Source: Octopus sinensis
Taxonomy: Eukaryota
Direction: 5' to 3'
NCBI RefSeq assembly: GCF_006345805.1
Contig: NC_043008.1
Location: forward strand, 9,238,001-9,302,000
DNA length: 64,000 nucleotides
A program made the translations under genes and the position numbers. The notes beneath the pieces are model-generated. The model saw only the letters and a list, made by a program, of their open reading frames with translations, made no database searches and had not been told where the DNA came from. Positions 1 to 64,000 of the stretch are shown here, one piece after another; the first letter of the stretch is position 1; each line of letters starts with the position of its first letter.

Positions 1-91
1 AGGTTTGGGTCGATTTGTTTGACTAAAGGTGGTGCTCCAGCATGGCCGCAATCAAATGACTGAAAACAAATAAAAGAATATTTAAAAATAC

Positions 92-61985
<61,894 letters not shown>

Positions 61986-61994
<9 letters not shown>

Positions 61995-62032
61995 TTTTGG
62001 TCACGTGATGTAAACTAAACCGTTACTAGTGT
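61986..62032 (-). promoter_or_regulatory. Putative NPHP4 core promoter: E-box TCACGTGA, YY1/TISU-like AAAATGGCGG overlapping the ATG, RFX-like half-site CTAGTAAC
   Basis: Motifs read directly upstream of exon 1a; local CpG enrichment in an otherwise CpG-poor window. Confidence 0.55.
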
Positions 62033-63541
62033 GATCTGTGAAATGCCTACATCCATGGTCGTGTGTGGTGCTTGTGCAAATAAACCGAATTCTAGCGTTG
62101 TACGTGTTTATAAGCTGTAGATCTGTGTTCGATACCATGTGTCACATGTATAAGTGAACTTAGATCTTTATATTTTATCTTTGTGTGAATTTTACGTTGA
62201 ATGTTTGAAGTTATAAATGTACAAATATTGCACTTCCAGAAAAATTTTTATGTCCCTGTTAGATGATTGCATATATATGATATAAGTATATATACGTAAG
62301 TAAATGTGTGTGTATATTCGTTCGCAAGTGCGTATTCATCAGCTAAAGACTTTAAATGCTTGTTTCTGTTGCTTTTGTATATAACAACAACGGTGAATAG
62401 CAACAGATGCTACAAGCGATATGGGAGGTAACTCTAACGGGACTTTGGGATTTCAAAAACAAAAAAAATGTCATTCTGTGTCTCTATTAAGATAGCCTAC
62501 CTAATGCATTATGATAAGCCTATGTTATCTCTTTATATTCTTCCCGGATCTATTTGATCTTCTTACGTTTTTTCTTTTTCGGGTGGCTGCAGTGGTGAAC
62601 CTGGAGCGCTTGAGTTGGGGCGGTTCCCGTTCAAGTAACCTATTTCTTTACTACCCACAAGGGGCTAAACACAGAGGGGACAAACAAGGACAGACAAACG
62701 GATTAAGGCGATTATATCGATTCCAGTGCGTAACTGGTACTTAATTTATCAACCCCGAAAGAATGAAAGGCAAAGTCGACCTCGGGGGAATTTGAACTCA
62801 GAACGTAGCGGCAGACGAAATACCTATTTCTTTACTACCCACAATGGGCTACACACAGAGGGGACACACAAGGACAGACAAACGGATTAAGTCGATTATA
62901 TCGACCCCAGTGCGTAACTGGTACTTAATTTATCGACCCCGAAAGATGAAAGGCAAAGTCGACCTCGGCGGAATTTGAACTCAGAACGTAACGGCAGAGG
63001 AAATACTGCTAAGCATTTCGCCCGGCGTGCTAACGTTTCTGCCAGCTAGCTCGCCTTCTAATGCATTATAATAAACCTATATTATCTCTTTATATTCATA
63101 GAAGCCACAAGCTAAACACTTGATGTGGCCAAACAAATTGTAGGGGTTTGCATTTAACTTTACTAAATGTAGGGTCATTTCTCGTAGAATTAGTATTTTG
63201 ATAACCAGTTAAATGCTTAGTCGTAATAAATCTCTTATGGTTTTGAAATACTTTAATTGTTGAAGTTGTTTTTCAGACCAGGTTATGCAGTTTAATCTAT
63301 ACGTCAATAATGGGACGATCTAAATGTTATATATACATAAGCTGCAAATTTATTGGAGGCTTTATCATAATTATTTCAATTTGTTTTGAACAAGCAATCG
63401 ATTAAAATATACATGTACTCAATAAAAAAAAATTATGAAAAGAAAACAAATGTTTATGCATCTTAAAAATATGACAGAAAAGTAAATTTTTGCATTAAAA
63501 AAAGTTAAGGGGAAAGAACTCTTTATTTTTGACGATTTCAG

Positions 63542-63636
63542 CAAAGAAGCCTTTATCATAGAGGCAAAAATCCATTTCCATCAGCGACCAGCGAGGGCCC
63601 TCGATGAATTTCGATCTTTTGAGGGCCTCTTCAATG
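63542..63636 (+). CDS. Possible internal exon of a divergently transcribed gene (KEAFIIEAKIHFHQRPARALDEFRSFEGLFN), product unknown
   Basis: Pyrimidine tract ctctttatttttgacgatttcag, donor ATG|gtatgt, only one open frame, GC-richer than flanks; no homolog recognised. Confidence 0.3.
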
Positions 63637-64000
63637 GTATGTACACACACACACAGCCAACAGGTGGACTCGCACAGCTGCCGAGTGGTATCAAAGACCA
63701 TTTGGACGACTTCTGCCGCGATGGGAAGGATATTTAGTTAAGCGATTTGGGTCAGGATGGAAAAGAACGACGCAATCAAAACAGAAGTGGAAGCGCATTG
63801 TGACCAGCGATGTATAACGACACCTGATGTCTAATTAATAGTGTGATGTGTGCGTGTGTGTGTGTGTGTTTCTTTGAGTTTGTGTCTGTTCCTACCACCC
63901 CTACCGCTTGACAGCTGGTGCTGGTTTGATTATGTCCCCGTAACTTAGCGGTTCGGCAAAAGATATTGATCGAATTAACACCAAACTTAAAAACAAAATC

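Overview
Eukaryotic, AT-rich, microsatellite- and SINE-dense genomic DNA. The repeat landscape suggests an octopus or other coleoid cephalopod; this is inference, with no database search. Almost the whole window is the 5' part of a minus-strand nephrocystin-4 (NPHP4) gene. I reconstructed 16 GT-AG coding exons by hand with consistent phases (61994 down to 92, 823 codons), and the gene continues off the left edge. A second, apparently paralogous first coding exon (49393-49587) lies 12 kb inside intron 1. The introns contain mariner DD34D and DD37D relics, a 5'-truncated R4/Dong-type LINE inside (TAA)n, a Gypsy RT relic and a Penelope relic. They also contain two decayed hammerhead-like motifs, three non-autonomous Helitrons, TTAA-flanked piggyBac-type MITEs that recur as composite units, at least five SINE-like families, several foldback hairpins, and many micro- and minisatellites. 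The leading observations are: (1) duplicated alternative first exons; (2) a ~450 bp inverted composite-MITE pair bracketing exons 8-13, which total 1089 nt in frame and form a candidate circRNA with no stop codon; (3) MITE pairs carrying conserved spacer cargo; (4) a duplicated decoy 3' splice site at exon 3. All alignments were done by eye, and the human NPHP4 comparisons are from memory.
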